Origin: an uncultured virus (IMG/VR IMGVR_UViG_2049941000_000043)
Lineage: Duplodnaviria; Heunggongvirae; Uroviricota; Caudoviricetes
Length of the DNA stretch: 64,000 bases
Strand: one strand, 5' to 3'
IMG/VR virus record: IMGVR_UViG_2049941000_000043
Shown here: positions 51,240-59,470 of the stretch, piece by piece
Position numbering within the stretch: the stretch's first letter is position 1
How the letters are laid out: each line of letters opens with the position of its first letter
Notes under the pieces: generated by a model
Seen by the model: the letters and a program-made list of their open reading frames with translations, nothing else
What the model was told of the DNA's origin: nothing
The model's database searches: none
Made by a program: the position numbers and the translations under genes

Positions 51240-51575
51240 ATGGTAAAGATTAACGGGAACAGGATCTCCATGACGAGGGGAGACACCATGCAGGCGCAGG
51301 TGGAGATCTTCGACGCCTCCGGAGATCCCTATGAGGTGCAGGAGGGCGACCGCATCCGCTTCGCTATGAAGAGCATGAACAAGGACAGCTGCGGCCAGAT
51401 CCTGCTGTACAAGGAGATCCCCAACAGCACCCTCGTCGTCACGCTCCAGCCGGAAGACACGGAGAACCTTCCGCTCGGAGAGTACGGGTACGACATCGAG
51501 CTGACCAAGGCCAACGGCGTGGTGGACACCTTCATCGCGGAGGCCAAGATAGAGCTGCGCTGGGAGGCTGATTAA
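51240..51575 (+). CDS. BppU-like adaptor
   Basis: Homologue of 18454-18789. Confidence 0.65.
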   Translation: MVKINGNRISMTRGDTMQAQVEIFDASGDPYEVQEGDRIRFAMKSMNKDSCGQILLYKEIPNSTLVVTLQPEDTENLPLGEYGYDIELTKANGVVDTFIAEAKIELRWEAD

Positions 51576-51850
51576 TGGACGGCAAGTTAACTGGCAGACT
51601 TTCAGCAGTGGGTGGTCTTAAGGGTACTCTCTCTCCTGTCGGCGGTTTGAGAGGAACACTTTCCCTTGGCTCCGGCACGGCAGTACCCTACACCGGCGAG
51701 TACGAAGTCACCCCGAAGGCACATCAGGATCAGGTCCTGCCGACCAACGGCCTGCTGATGCTGAACGATGTCACGGTCTTTGAGGTGCCGTACTACGAAA
51801 CCAGTAACCTTTTTGACGGCTTAACCGCCTACATTGCTTCGGAGGTATAA
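51575..51850 (+). CDS. Small accessory tail protein
   Basis: N-terminus nearly identical to 18789-19058. Confidence 0.65.
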   Translation: MDGKLTGRLSAVGGLKGTLSPVGGLRGTLSLGSGTAVPYTGEYEVTPKAHQDQVLPTNGLLMLNDVTVFEVPYYETSNLFDGLTAYIASEV

Positions 51851-51852
51851 CA

Positions 51853-52440
51853 ATGGCTAACAATCAGTACATCAACAAAGTAATCTTCGGCGGCTCTACT
51901 CTTATCGACCTTACCGGCGATACCGTAGACGCCGCGCATCTTCTCTCCGGTTCTACCGCTCACGATAAGAGCGGCGCGACCATCACCGGCACTTGCACTT
52001 ACGATTCTGACACTAGCGACGATACCGCTGCCGCGTCTGAAATCCTCGCCGGGAAGACCGCCCACGCACGCGGGGCAGAACTCACAGGCACGATGCCGAA
52101 TAACGGCGCGGTGACCGGCACTATCAGCACCAAGTCACAGCAGTACACAATCGCCGCCGGTTATCACGACGGGTCGGGCAAAGTTTCCATCGCCAGCGCG
52201 GAGCAGAACAAGATTATCGCCGGGAACATCAAAAGCGGCGTGGAGATCCTCGGAGTTACCGGCACATATTCGGGCGAAAGCATCAGCGCCACGGCGGTCA
52301 ACATCACGCCGTCCACCTCGGCGCAGACCATTCTGCCGCCGACGGGATACGACTACATCTCACAGGCGAATGTTGCGGCAATTTCGTATGTGGAAACCGA
52401 CAATTCCGCTGGAGGAAAAACGGCGACGATTGCGGGGTGA
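51853..52440 (+). CDS. Accessory tail fibre protein
   Basis: Homologue of 19060-19665. Confidence 0.65.
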   Translation: MANNQYINKVIFGGSTLIDLTGDTVDAAHLLSGSTAHDKSGATITGTCTYDSDTSDDTAAASEILAGKTAHARGAELTGTMPNNGAVTGTISTKSQQYTIAAGYHDGSGKVSIASAEQNKIIAGNIKSGVEILGVTGTYSGESISATAVNITPSTSAQTILPPTGYDYISQANVAAISYVETDNSAGGKTATIAG

Positions 52441-52445
52441 TTTGA

Positions 52446-53786
52446 ATGGCTTCAAATCCCTATGTAAACAAGGTTGTATATGGAAATTCAACCCTGATTG
52501 ACTTGTCACAGGATACCGCCACGCAAGCAGATGTCGCACAGGGGAAGTATTTCCACTTGCCCACAGGCGAACGGGTGCAAGGTACTGCATCAGGCGGCGG
52601 TGGTACTGGCGGTATCACCCAAGACCAAGACGGCTACCTTGTCCTGTCCCCAGACGGGGGCGGTGGTGGCGGTGGTGTAGGCATCCCCGTGTTTACGGCA
52701 AGATATGACTCAAATTCTGACCTTGAATCATTTTCTTGCAGTATGACCTATGCGGAAACATTGGCTTACTTTGACGGAGGAAATCAGGGTTCTGCAAAAT
52801 TTATAGAATTTGACGAAGACGAAGAAAACCCCGGAGAATATTTTGAGTATAGCAATGCTTGCGCAATGGATATAGACGATTGGGAAGCACAAACCCCAAA
52901 CATAATATGCAGAACAGTTGATGCCTATGGTTTTCCTGTCGCAGAATTTACATACTATCCGAATGGAACGCTTTCCACCCCGGACACCGCAGACATTTAC
53001 GAGTTTCCGACATTAACGCAAAATGGGAACTACTATCCAACGCAAGGGAAAGTGTATTCGGGTGTGTATGTTAATGTAACAGGCGCAAGTGACCCCAATT
53101 TTAAGGCTGTGATTGCGAGGACGAGTGCTACACCAACTCTGCCAAGCGATTTGACAACAATTGGAGCGTATGCGTTTTATAGTTATGATACACTTGCAAT
53201 TACTGCTTTGCCAAGTTCTGTAACATCAATAGGAATGTTTGCGTTTTACGGCTGTCACAACTTGGCATTGACAACATTGCCAAGCACTATAACATCAATA
53301 GGTACATCTGCATTTCAAGATTGTGAAAATTTGACAACAATAACTTGCAACGGAATTATAACAAACCTTGGCAGTAAATGTTTTAATGGTTCGTCTTCAC
53401 ATCCAATGTCATTGCAAACGGCTCACTTCCCTTATTTAGCAACAGCGAGTAATTTTCCACAGGCTTTTGGTTCTCCAAGTGCTTCGACTGCTTGTAAGCA
53501 ATTAACATTGCTTGATATTGGGTCTCCTAACGGAATTGCTGCCGGAGCATTTAATTATTGCAGTAAGTTGCAAACACTAATAATACGGCGAACATCTGTT
53601 TGTTCACTTGCTAATGTTAGTGCTTTTGGATACACTCCGTTCCGTGGAGAAGGTGGGTTAACTGGAACTGTATATGTGCCGTCATCGTTAATTTCTTCGT
53701 ATCAAACGGCGACAAACTGGAAAACACTATATGATGCCGGTACACTAACATTTTCTGCTATTGAAAATAGCATATATGAATTGTAA
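52446..53786 (+). CDS. Accessory fibre protein with BspA-type leucine-rich repeats
   Basis: LPSSVTSIGMFAFYGC-type repeats; VYVPSSLISSYQTATNW cap. Confidence 0.8.
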   Translation: MASNPYVNKVVYGNSTLIDLSQDTATQADVAQGKYFHLPTGERVQGTASGGGGTGGITQDQDGYLVLSPDGGGGGGGVGIPVFTARYDSNSDLESFSCSMTYAETLAYFDGGNQGSAKFIEFDEDEENPGEYFEYSNACAMDIDDWEAQTPNIICRTVDAYGFPVAEFTYYPNGTLSTPDTADIYEFPTLTQNGNYYPTQGKVYSGVYVNVTGASDPNFKAVIARTSATPTLPSDLTTIGAYAFYSYDTLAITALPSSVTSIGMFAFYGCHNLALTTLPSTITSIGTSAFQDCENLTTITCNGIITNLGSKCFNGSSSHPMSLQTAHFPYLATASNFPQAFGSPSASTACKQLTLLDIGSPNGIAAGAFNYCSKLQTLIIRRTSVCSLANVSAFGYTPFRGEGGLTGTVYVPSSLISSYQTATNWKTLYDAGTLTFSAIENSIYEL

Positions 53787-53798
53787 GGGGGCGAGTAA

Positions 53799-54692
53799 AT
53801 GTCAGATACATTAGAAATCTTCGGTCAGGAATGGACAGGAGTAACAGGCTTCAAAGCCACAGACGATAATGACCTTATCAAGACTTTCATTCGCCCACAG
53901 GGGGCAGTATCCATCACAGCCAACGGAACGGGGATAGATGTAAGTCAGTACGCTTCGGCTGATGTAGCCGTGCCGGAAACCAACTTTGTTGTTACTGTTT
54001 CGTGGAACAGCACAACGCAGAGGTGGGAGCCGAATAAGACTTTTTCCGAAATACAGACCGCCTACAATGCCGGGAAGACAATAGCAGTAGTTTCAAGCGA
54101 ACAATCTGGGGACAGTGCGGTTGACGGCGAATACCACACGGGAACAAATCCATATTTTGAATACTGGGTTCGCAAGTATATGGACGGGTATAGCCCTCAA
54201 ACGATAAGGGAGACAGGGTATCATCTCACATCAACAGGGATTAACACAGAGGACGATATAAACTATATTCGCCCAACAGGCAACCTTGCTATCACGCAGA
54301 ACGGCAACAACATAGATGTCGCCAATTACAGCACCGTCTCCGTCAATGTCAGCGGTTCAAGCAAGAACGCACAGGCGGTGACATCCACAACCCGTGTGAC
54401 TTCCACTTCCCTGACTGCTTGTAGTGGTACGATAACAGTTGCCAAGACGGGAACATACGATGTCTACTGGTCAACCCACAGAACATCCACTTCAGGTTCG
54501 TGGTCATCCCGTCTGTACGTCAACAACACAGCAAGCGGAACAGAACAGACAAGCGGATGGAGCAACCACGTCCAGCCGATACATCTTACCAATGTTTCGT
54601 TGACAGCCGGACAGACCATCAGAGTGTACGCAAAGAGCAGGGGCAGTAACTACTATGCCTATGTTCCGCTGCTGGCCATCATTGAATCGTGA
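53799..54692 (+). CDS. Accessory fibre protein
   Basis: N-terminus shared with 21055; ITANG..IDVSQYA..DV repeats. Confidence 0.65.
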   Translation: MSDTLEIFGQEWTGVTGFKATDDNDLIKTFIRPQGAVSITANGTGIDVSQYASADVAVPETNFVVTVSWNSTTQRWEPNKTFSEIQTAYNAGKTIAVVSSEQSGDSAVDGEYHTGTNPYFEYWVRKYMDGYSPQTIRETGYHLTSTGINTEDDINYIRPTGNLAITQNGNNIDVANYSTVSVNVSGSSKNAQAVTSTTRVTSTSLTACSGTITVAKTGTYDVYWSTHRTSTSGSWSSRLYVNNTASGTEQTSGWSNHVQPIHLTNVSLTAGQTIRVYAKSRGSNYYAYVPLLAIIES

Positions 54693-54699
54693 GGTGCGT

Positions 54700-54930
54700 A
54701 TGAGCAATAAAGCGTTTGACATCATCAGACTGATCGGCGAATTGATTTTGCCGTCGCTGGCGACCTGTTACGCGGCCCTGGGAGCGATCTGGGGCTGGCC
54801 ATACATAGAGGCCGTGGTCGGCTCTGCCGCCGCTGTGACGGCCTGCATCGGGGCTATCGTCAACGGCCTGCGGAAAGCCTACAGCAAGAAGGAGGAGAAC
54901 AATGAAGAAGATATATCTGAGTCCGAGTAA
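54700..54930 (+). CDS. Holin (Dp-1-like)
   Basis: ILPSLATCYAALGAIWGWPY. Confidence 0.8.
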   Translation: MSNKAFDIIRLIGELILPSLATCYAALGAIWGWPYIEAVVGSAAAVTACIGAIVNGLRKAYSKKEENNEEDISESE

Positions 54931-55828
54931 CCAGACCGGCAACAAGTTCATCACCGGCAGCACGAGCGAGGGGGCCGTCTGGTACGATATTGCGGTCCGG
55001 CTCCAGAAACTGCTCGGCGAGTACAACTGCGAAACAAAGCTCTCCAAGCCTTCCCAGACGCTCGGCGTACGAGCCGGCGAGGCGAAGGCGTGGGGAGCTG
55101 ATGTTTACATCGCGATGCATTCCAACGCCGCCGGAACGGCGAACAAGGGGGCGCACGGTGTGGAGGTCTACTACGACTCGAACAAGGGCGCGAAGACGAA
55201 ACAGCTCGCGCAGGATGTCCTGGATCAGCTGAAGACGCTCTTCACGAGCAGAGGCCTGAAGACATCCAGCAAGCTCATTGACTGCTACAAACCCGCCATG
55301 CCATCCATCATCGGCGAGTGCGGATTCCATGACAACAAGGCAGACGCGTTGTTAATTCTGAACAACAAGGACAAGATCGCACAGCTGTACTGCAACGCGC
55401 TCGTGAAGTACCTGGGCCTGACGAAGAAGAGCGCACCCGCTCCGGAGCCGGAGAAGCCTGCCGCCGAAGTGATCCTCACCGCCGGCGCGGAGCTGGAGCT
55501 GTCCAAAGAGCCGCTCTACGTCTCCGCCTCCGCCGCCGTGAGATCCAGCACGATCTCCGGCAAGTATTTCTTCTGGGGCGGTTCCGTGGTGAACGGAAGA
55601 ATCCGCATCACGAACAGCAAGAGCCGCGTGGGGATCTCCGGACAGGTCACCGGTTGGATCAACGTCCCGCAGGTGATCGTGATGTACAAGGTCAAGGCAG
55701 GGGACACCCTGGGCAAGATCGCGACGGCGTACCACATCACGCTGAAGGAGCTGCTGGCGGCGAATCCGCAGATCAAGAACCCAGACGTGATCCACGTCGG
55801 GGAGCTTATCAAGATCCCGGTGAAATAA
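54902..55828 (+). CDS. Endolysin: Amidase_3 domain, SH3-like segment, LysM
   Basis: IYLSPSNQ, IAMHSNA, IIGECGFHDN; YKVKAGDTLGKIA LysM. Confidence 0.9.
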   Translation: MKKIYLSPSNQTGNKFITGSTSEGAVWYDIAVRLQKLLGEYNCETKLSKPSQTLGVRAGEAKAWGADVYIAMHSNAAGTANKGAHGVEVYYDSNKGAKTKQLAQDVLDQLKTLFTSRGLKTSSKLIDCYKPAMPSIIGECGFHDNKADALLILNNKDKIAQLYCNALVKYLGLTKKSAPAPEPEKPAAEVILTAGAELELSKEPLYVSASAAVRSSTISGKYFFWGGSVVNGRIRITNSKSRVGISGQVTGWINVPQVIVMYKVKAGDTLGKIATAYHITLKELLAANPQIKNPDVIHVGELIKIPVK

Positions 55829-55863
55829 GATCCAACGCTTCCAACGCCTTGGATGTGTTGGGA

Positions 55864-56098
55864 TCACTGCACACGAAATTGCACACGCGAGGCTTGAAAC
55901 CCGCATAAAATAAGGATTTTAGTTGGGTTCAAGTCCCATCTCTCGCACCATATAGGAAAAACCCGCAGGCCATAACGGTTTGCGGGCTTTTTTCTTTGCT
56001 TGGAACGGGTTACAGACCGCCACTTTTGACGGAATACCGACAAATCTGTCGCCTACACAGCCAACCCTGTCGGTTCACTGCACACGAAATCGCACACG
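55864..56098. other. attP: tRNA 3'-end core flanked by integrase arm-type repeats
   Basis: Core TGGGTTCAAGTCCCATCTCTCGCACCA (55924-55950); 24-nt direct repeats TCACTGCACACGAAAT(T/C)GCACACG at 55864-55887 and 56075-56098. Confidence 0.85.
55957..55993 (+). terminator. Terminator following the tRNA fragment (possibly bidirectional)
   Basis: AAAAACCCGCAGGCC-ATAAC-GGTTTGCGGGC-TTTTTT. Confidence 0.75.
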
Positions 56099-56110
56099 AA
56101 AATCCCATTT

Positions 56111-57160
56111 TTACGGCGTTTCAAAATGAGAAAAGAAGGAGCGCAGCTGCTCCACNNNNNNNNNNNNNNNNNNNNNNNNNNNNNNCGCCGTCATCTGCCC
56201 GGAGGACAGGTGGGTGTAGATTTTCTGCATCGCGTTCACGTCTCCCCAGCCGCCGAGACGAGCGGCCTCAAGGACTGGCACCTGCCTTTCCCAGCATAGG
56301 GAGGCGAACGAGTGCCGGAGACCGTGCACGCCGACTTCCGGGAGGCCTTCCCTGCGGCAGATCCGGTTCACCTGATTGTATACGGAGTTCGGGTGGCCCT
56401 TCATGACGCGGCCTGTCTTGTCCTCCACCTTCCGGAGGGCATCGGTGAGCTGCGGGATCAGGATGGGCACGTCACGCGTGCTGGATTTCGTCTTGTTAGT
56501 CTTCTTCTCTACGAGGCCGTCCGTGCCAATGACCACCGACCGCCGGACGTGGATGATCTCGTTCGTTAGGTCTATGTCCTTCCAGTCGAGCGCAGCTATC
56601 TCTGACCGCCGGAGGGAGCACAGGGCGAGCAGGGCGGGGATTTCACACCGTTCCCCTTGCACTGCCCTACAGAACTGCAAAACCTCCGCAGAGGTCAGCC
56701 AGGGACGCGAGGCGGCGGGCACGGCGGGAAGGTTCACTCCCTCAAAGTCCCTGCCGTATTCCTTCAGCGCGGAGGAGACGAGGCCCCAGGCGTTCCGCAC
56801 AGTCTTCGGGGAGACGAGCTTCGCCTCATCCGAGACCATGCGCTGGAGGGTTCTTCTGTCCAGATCCGAGAGCTTCCGGCCCATGTACGCGGAGAAGCGG
56901 TTCTCGCGGTAGGATCTGTACGCCTTCACAGTCGCCGGAGAAAGCACCGGCTCCCTCAAATCAATATAGTCATCTACCACGGCCCCCAGAGTTAAGTTCT
57001 GGGGGCTTTTTCTTGTATGCCCATCTCTCAACAGGAGGGCCTGTGATATGGCCTCCTGCGGGCTGTCAGCGGTCACAGAGCGGCGCACGCCGTCCACGGT
57101 GACCTGACAACGCCAGGAACCGGACGGCAGCTCTATGGCCTTCGGGTACTTTTTCTTCAT
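56111..57160 (-). CDS. int: Tyrosine integrase (small gap near 3' end)
   Basis: LRRSEIAALDW, KTKSS, HGLRHSFAS, LGGW, IYTHL; adjacent to attP. Confidence 0.93.
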   Translation of the reverse strand: MKKKYPKAIELPSGSWRCQVTVDGVRRSVTADSPQEAISQALLLRDGHTRKSPQNLTLGAVVDDYIDLREPVLSPATVKAYRSYRENRFSAYMGRKLSDLDRRTLQRMVSDEAKLVSPKTVRNAWGLVSSALKEYGRDFEGVNLPAVPAASRPWLTSAEVLQFCRAVQGERCEIPALLALCSLRRSEIAALDWKDIDLTNEIIHVRRSVVIGTDGLVEKKTNKTKSSTRDVPILIPQLTDALRKVEDKTGRVMKGHPNSVYNQVNRICRREGLPEVGVHGLRHSFASLCWERQVPVLEAARLGGWGDVNAMQKIYTHLSSGQMTAXXXXXXXXXXVEQLRSFFSHFETP

Positions 57161-57179
57161 CGGTAGTCCTCCAGCCGGA

Positions 57180-57509
57180 TCAGCCGACCGCGATTCCCTT
57201 TTTATAGGGAGCGAGCAGACCGTCCACGGCTTCCTGGATCGGACGCGGCGCGTCAAGGTATGCGTCCACCATCTTCGGCGTGGCGGAGGAGGAGAAACCG
57301 GCGAGCACGTTCGGCTCGCAGTCTAGAGCCTCGCAGATCCGGAAGAACATCGGCAGGCGCGGCTGGATCTTCCCGGTCGTCCAGTCGGAGACGGTTGCAC
57401 GAGAGACACCGAGGATGGCACCGAGTTCAGCTTTTGACATATCCGCGCGGTCAATCTGCCGGGCGAGATTCCTGGCAAAAATGGCGGCGTATTCCTGTTC
57501 AGTCTTCAT
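57180..57509 (-). CDS. CI-like XRE repressor
   Basis: MSKAELGAILGVSRATVSDWTTGKIQP HTH; divergent from Cro. Confidence 0.85.
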   Translation of the reverse strand: MKTEQEYAAIFARNLARQIDRADMSKAELGAILGVSRATVSDWTTGKIQPRLPMFFRICEALDCEPNVLAGFSSSATPKMVDAYLDAPRPIQEAVDGLLAPYKKGIAVG

Positions 57510-57591
57510 CTTCATGTCCTCCAAGCGTAAGGTGTGGCCTTATTTTATGGGCTGAAAGCGAAAAGTTTTTGACTAAACTGTAAATTAATTA

Positions 57592-57620
57592 TTGACAAGT
57601 GCAAGTTGTAGCCTTACAAT
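57592..57620 (+). promoter_or_regulatory. Early lytic promoter
   Basis: TTGACA-17nt-TACAAT upstream of the cro-like gene. Confidence 0.8.
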
Positions 57621-57652
57621 GACAGCGTAAAACTTGCAGAGGAGGTGAACAC

Positions 57653-57853
57653 ATGACGATGGATCTGAAGACAGCCAGAGTGGCGGCGAAGATGACGCAA
57701 GCGGAAGCAGCCGCCAAGCTGGGGACGACCACGGCAAGCCTGTGCCGATGGGAGCGAGGGGAGAGAACACCGAAGGTGACCACGTTCTTCCGGCTCTGTG
57801 CATTGTACGGAGTCAGCCCTTCGGACATTTTTATGCCTTGGATGCAAGGGTAA
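57653..57853 (+). CDS. Cro-like XRE HTH protein
   Basis: MTQAEAAAKLG...RWERGERTP. Confidence 0.85.
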   Translation: MTMDLKTARVAAKMTQAEAAAKLGTTTASLCRWERGERTPKVTTFFRLCALYGVSPSDIFMPWMQG

Positions 57854-57898
57854 GTTGCAAACANNNNNNNNNNAGGACTGACAAAGTAAGGTGAGAAC

Positions 57899-58129
57899 AT
57901 GAACAGAGGCGACGAGAAGATCCGGGAGGTTTTCGCCGGCTGGAAGGCAGTAAATCAGCTGACCGCGCAGGACGCGGCGGCGCGGACGAAGATCCCGGAG
58001 AGGACATGGCAGAGACGGCAGAAGGACTTCGGAACGATGACCCTCGATGAGTTCCGGAAGCTGGTAGAAGCAACACGAGCCACGGATGAGGACATCATCC
58101 GGATGGTAACTGGAAGGAGAAGAACATGA
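57899..58129 (+). CDS. HTH protein
   Basis: DAAARTKIPERTWQRR...MTLDEFRKL. Confidence 0.65.
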   Translation: MNRGDEKIREVFAGWKAVNQLTAQDAAARTKIPERTWQRRQKDFGTMTLDEFRKLVEATRATDEDIIRMVTGRRRT

Positions 58130-58290
58130 TCCTGGAAGCATTGATTATCCTTTTCGGCCTGTTCGGGCTGGGAGTAGTAGGCGGTCTGGAGCGCGGCCTG
58201 CTGGGCATCGGAGCAAGCATCATCCTCTGGATACTGACGGCGGCAGCCATCACGATCCTCGTGAGCATCCGGAGAGCAGTGCGGCGGTAA
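58126..58290 (+). CDS. 54-aa two-TM membrane protein (not in ORF track)
   Basis: MILEALIILFGLFGLGVVGGLERGLLGIGASIILW...; RBS AAGGAG; homologue at 26411. Confidence 0.7.
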   Translation: MILEALIILFGLFGLGVVGGLERGLLGIGASIILWILTAAAITILVSIRRAVRR

Positions 58291-58636
58291 TGCGTGGCGC
58301 AGCAGTGCATTGGTAATGCGTGGACGGCGAAGGCCATCCCATGCACGGATAGCGGGGGCGCAGCAAGGCATGGATTTGCAACGGCGAAGTGAGCACTGCG
58401 ATGGCATTGAAGAGCATCGCCATGGCATGGCAGTTCACAGCAATGACGTGACAGCAGAGGCAAGGAGGAGCACTGCCGCGAGCGGCACAGAGATGAGCGG
58501 ATTTGCGAAGGCTATGCGCGGGATCGCGATGGCTATGCGTAGACAGGAGAGGCGTAGGCATAGCTTGGCCTCGATGGCAACGGCGAAGTTTGGAACAGAA
58601 AGCAAGGGAATAGAACTGCGTTGAGTAGAAAGGAGG
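58275..58636 (+). ncRNA. Putative guide-RNA array with 5-nt periodicity (NG[C/A]-NN modules)
   Basis: Ten in-register pentamers at 58459-58508 (ggcaa ggagg agcac tgccg cgagc ggcac agaga tgagc ggatt tgcga); NGC-NNN-GG(C/T/A) junction recurs 13 times; expression as RNA is inferred. Confidence 0.65.
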
Positions 58637-58640
58637 ACAC

Positions 58641-58859
58641 ATGAAGACGATGGCACAGGTAGACAAGATCATCGCGCACATCCTGGCATATGGCAGCATC
58701 AGCCAGCTGGAGGCGTTCCAGCTGTACGGATGCTTCCGTCTGGCCTCGCGGATCTGCGACCTGAAGCGAGCCGGCTACAAGATCGGCAAGACCATGGAAG
58801 AGGGCAAAAACCGCTACGGAGAGCCGGAACGGCACGCCCGCTACTTTCTCATCAAATGA
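58641..58859 (+). CDS. Winged-HTH protein
   Basis: GSISQLEA...GCFRLASRICDLKRAGY; strong RBS AAAGGAGG. Confidence 0.8.
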   Translation: MKTMAQVDKIIAHILAYGSISQLEAFQLYGCFRLASRICDLKRAGYKIGKTMEEGKNRYGEPERHARYFLIK

Positions 58860-58876
58860 ACAAAGGAGAACAGAAC

Positions 58877-59470
58877 ATGAAGGAAATGACAATTCGCATC
58901 ACATTCACGGAGGATCTCCTCGGATCTTCCAGCAACGATCCCCATCTGCACGAGAACTACATAGCCAGCAAAGCTCCGGACGCATGGAGCACCGCCGAAG
59001 AGGTCGAGGCCCTCGGCATCGATGCGGTAGTCGAGAACGGCAAGACCATTTTTCCGAAGGACACGGACGGCACGCCCATCTTCTGGGACTACCAGATCAA
59101 GGGATACTTCAAGGAATCCTGCAAGGCCCTGTCCAAAGTGCCCGGTACGCTGTCCAGCAAGCTGAAAGCCTACAAACAGCAGATTGACCTGCGGATCTTC
59201 CCCGCACCCCGCCGGATCAGGATCACGGAGACCGGCAAGCGGTACGACCTGCAGAGGCCTCTCCGGGCCTCCACGCCGATGGGCGAACGCATCGCACTGG
59301 CGAACAGCGAGACGATCCGCGCCGGAGCTTCCATCGAGTTCACCGTGCGCCTGCTGGTAGACGATGACGCGAACCTTGTCCGCGAGTGGCTGGACTACGG
59401 AGCACTCCACGGTATGGGCCAGTGGCGCAACGCCGGTTACGGCAGATTCACATGGGAGGAGATCGCATGA
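58877..59470 (+). CDS. Stand-alone Cas7/Csm3-like RAMP superfamily protein (197 aa)
   Basis: N-terminal strand IRITFTEDLLGS, P....QIKGYFKE helix, ETIRAGASIEFTV, C-terminal Gly-rich loop GMGQWRNAGYGRF; RBS AAAGGAG. Confidence 0.75.
   Translation: MKEMTIRITFTEDLLGSSSNDPHLHENYIASKAPDAWSTAEEVEALGIDAVVENGKTIFPKDTDGTPIFWDYQIKGYFKESCKALSKVPGTLSSKLKAYKQQIDLRIFPAPRRIRITETGKRYDLQRPLRASTPMGERIALANSETIRAGASIEFTVRLLVDDDANLVREWLDYGALHGMGQWRNAGYGRFTWEEIA

Noticed and set aside
55924..55950. Complete tRNA gene
   Set aside because: Only the T-arm and acceptor 3' strand are present; no D or anticodon arm upstream
58310..58624. 104-aa ORF (and antisense ORFs) over the pentamer array
   Set aside because: No good RBS or start, and the composition is what a 5-nt periodic sequence would produce; treated as non-coding
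58275..58636. Canonical CRISPR array
   Set aside because: No identical 25-40 nt direct repeats separated by unique spacers
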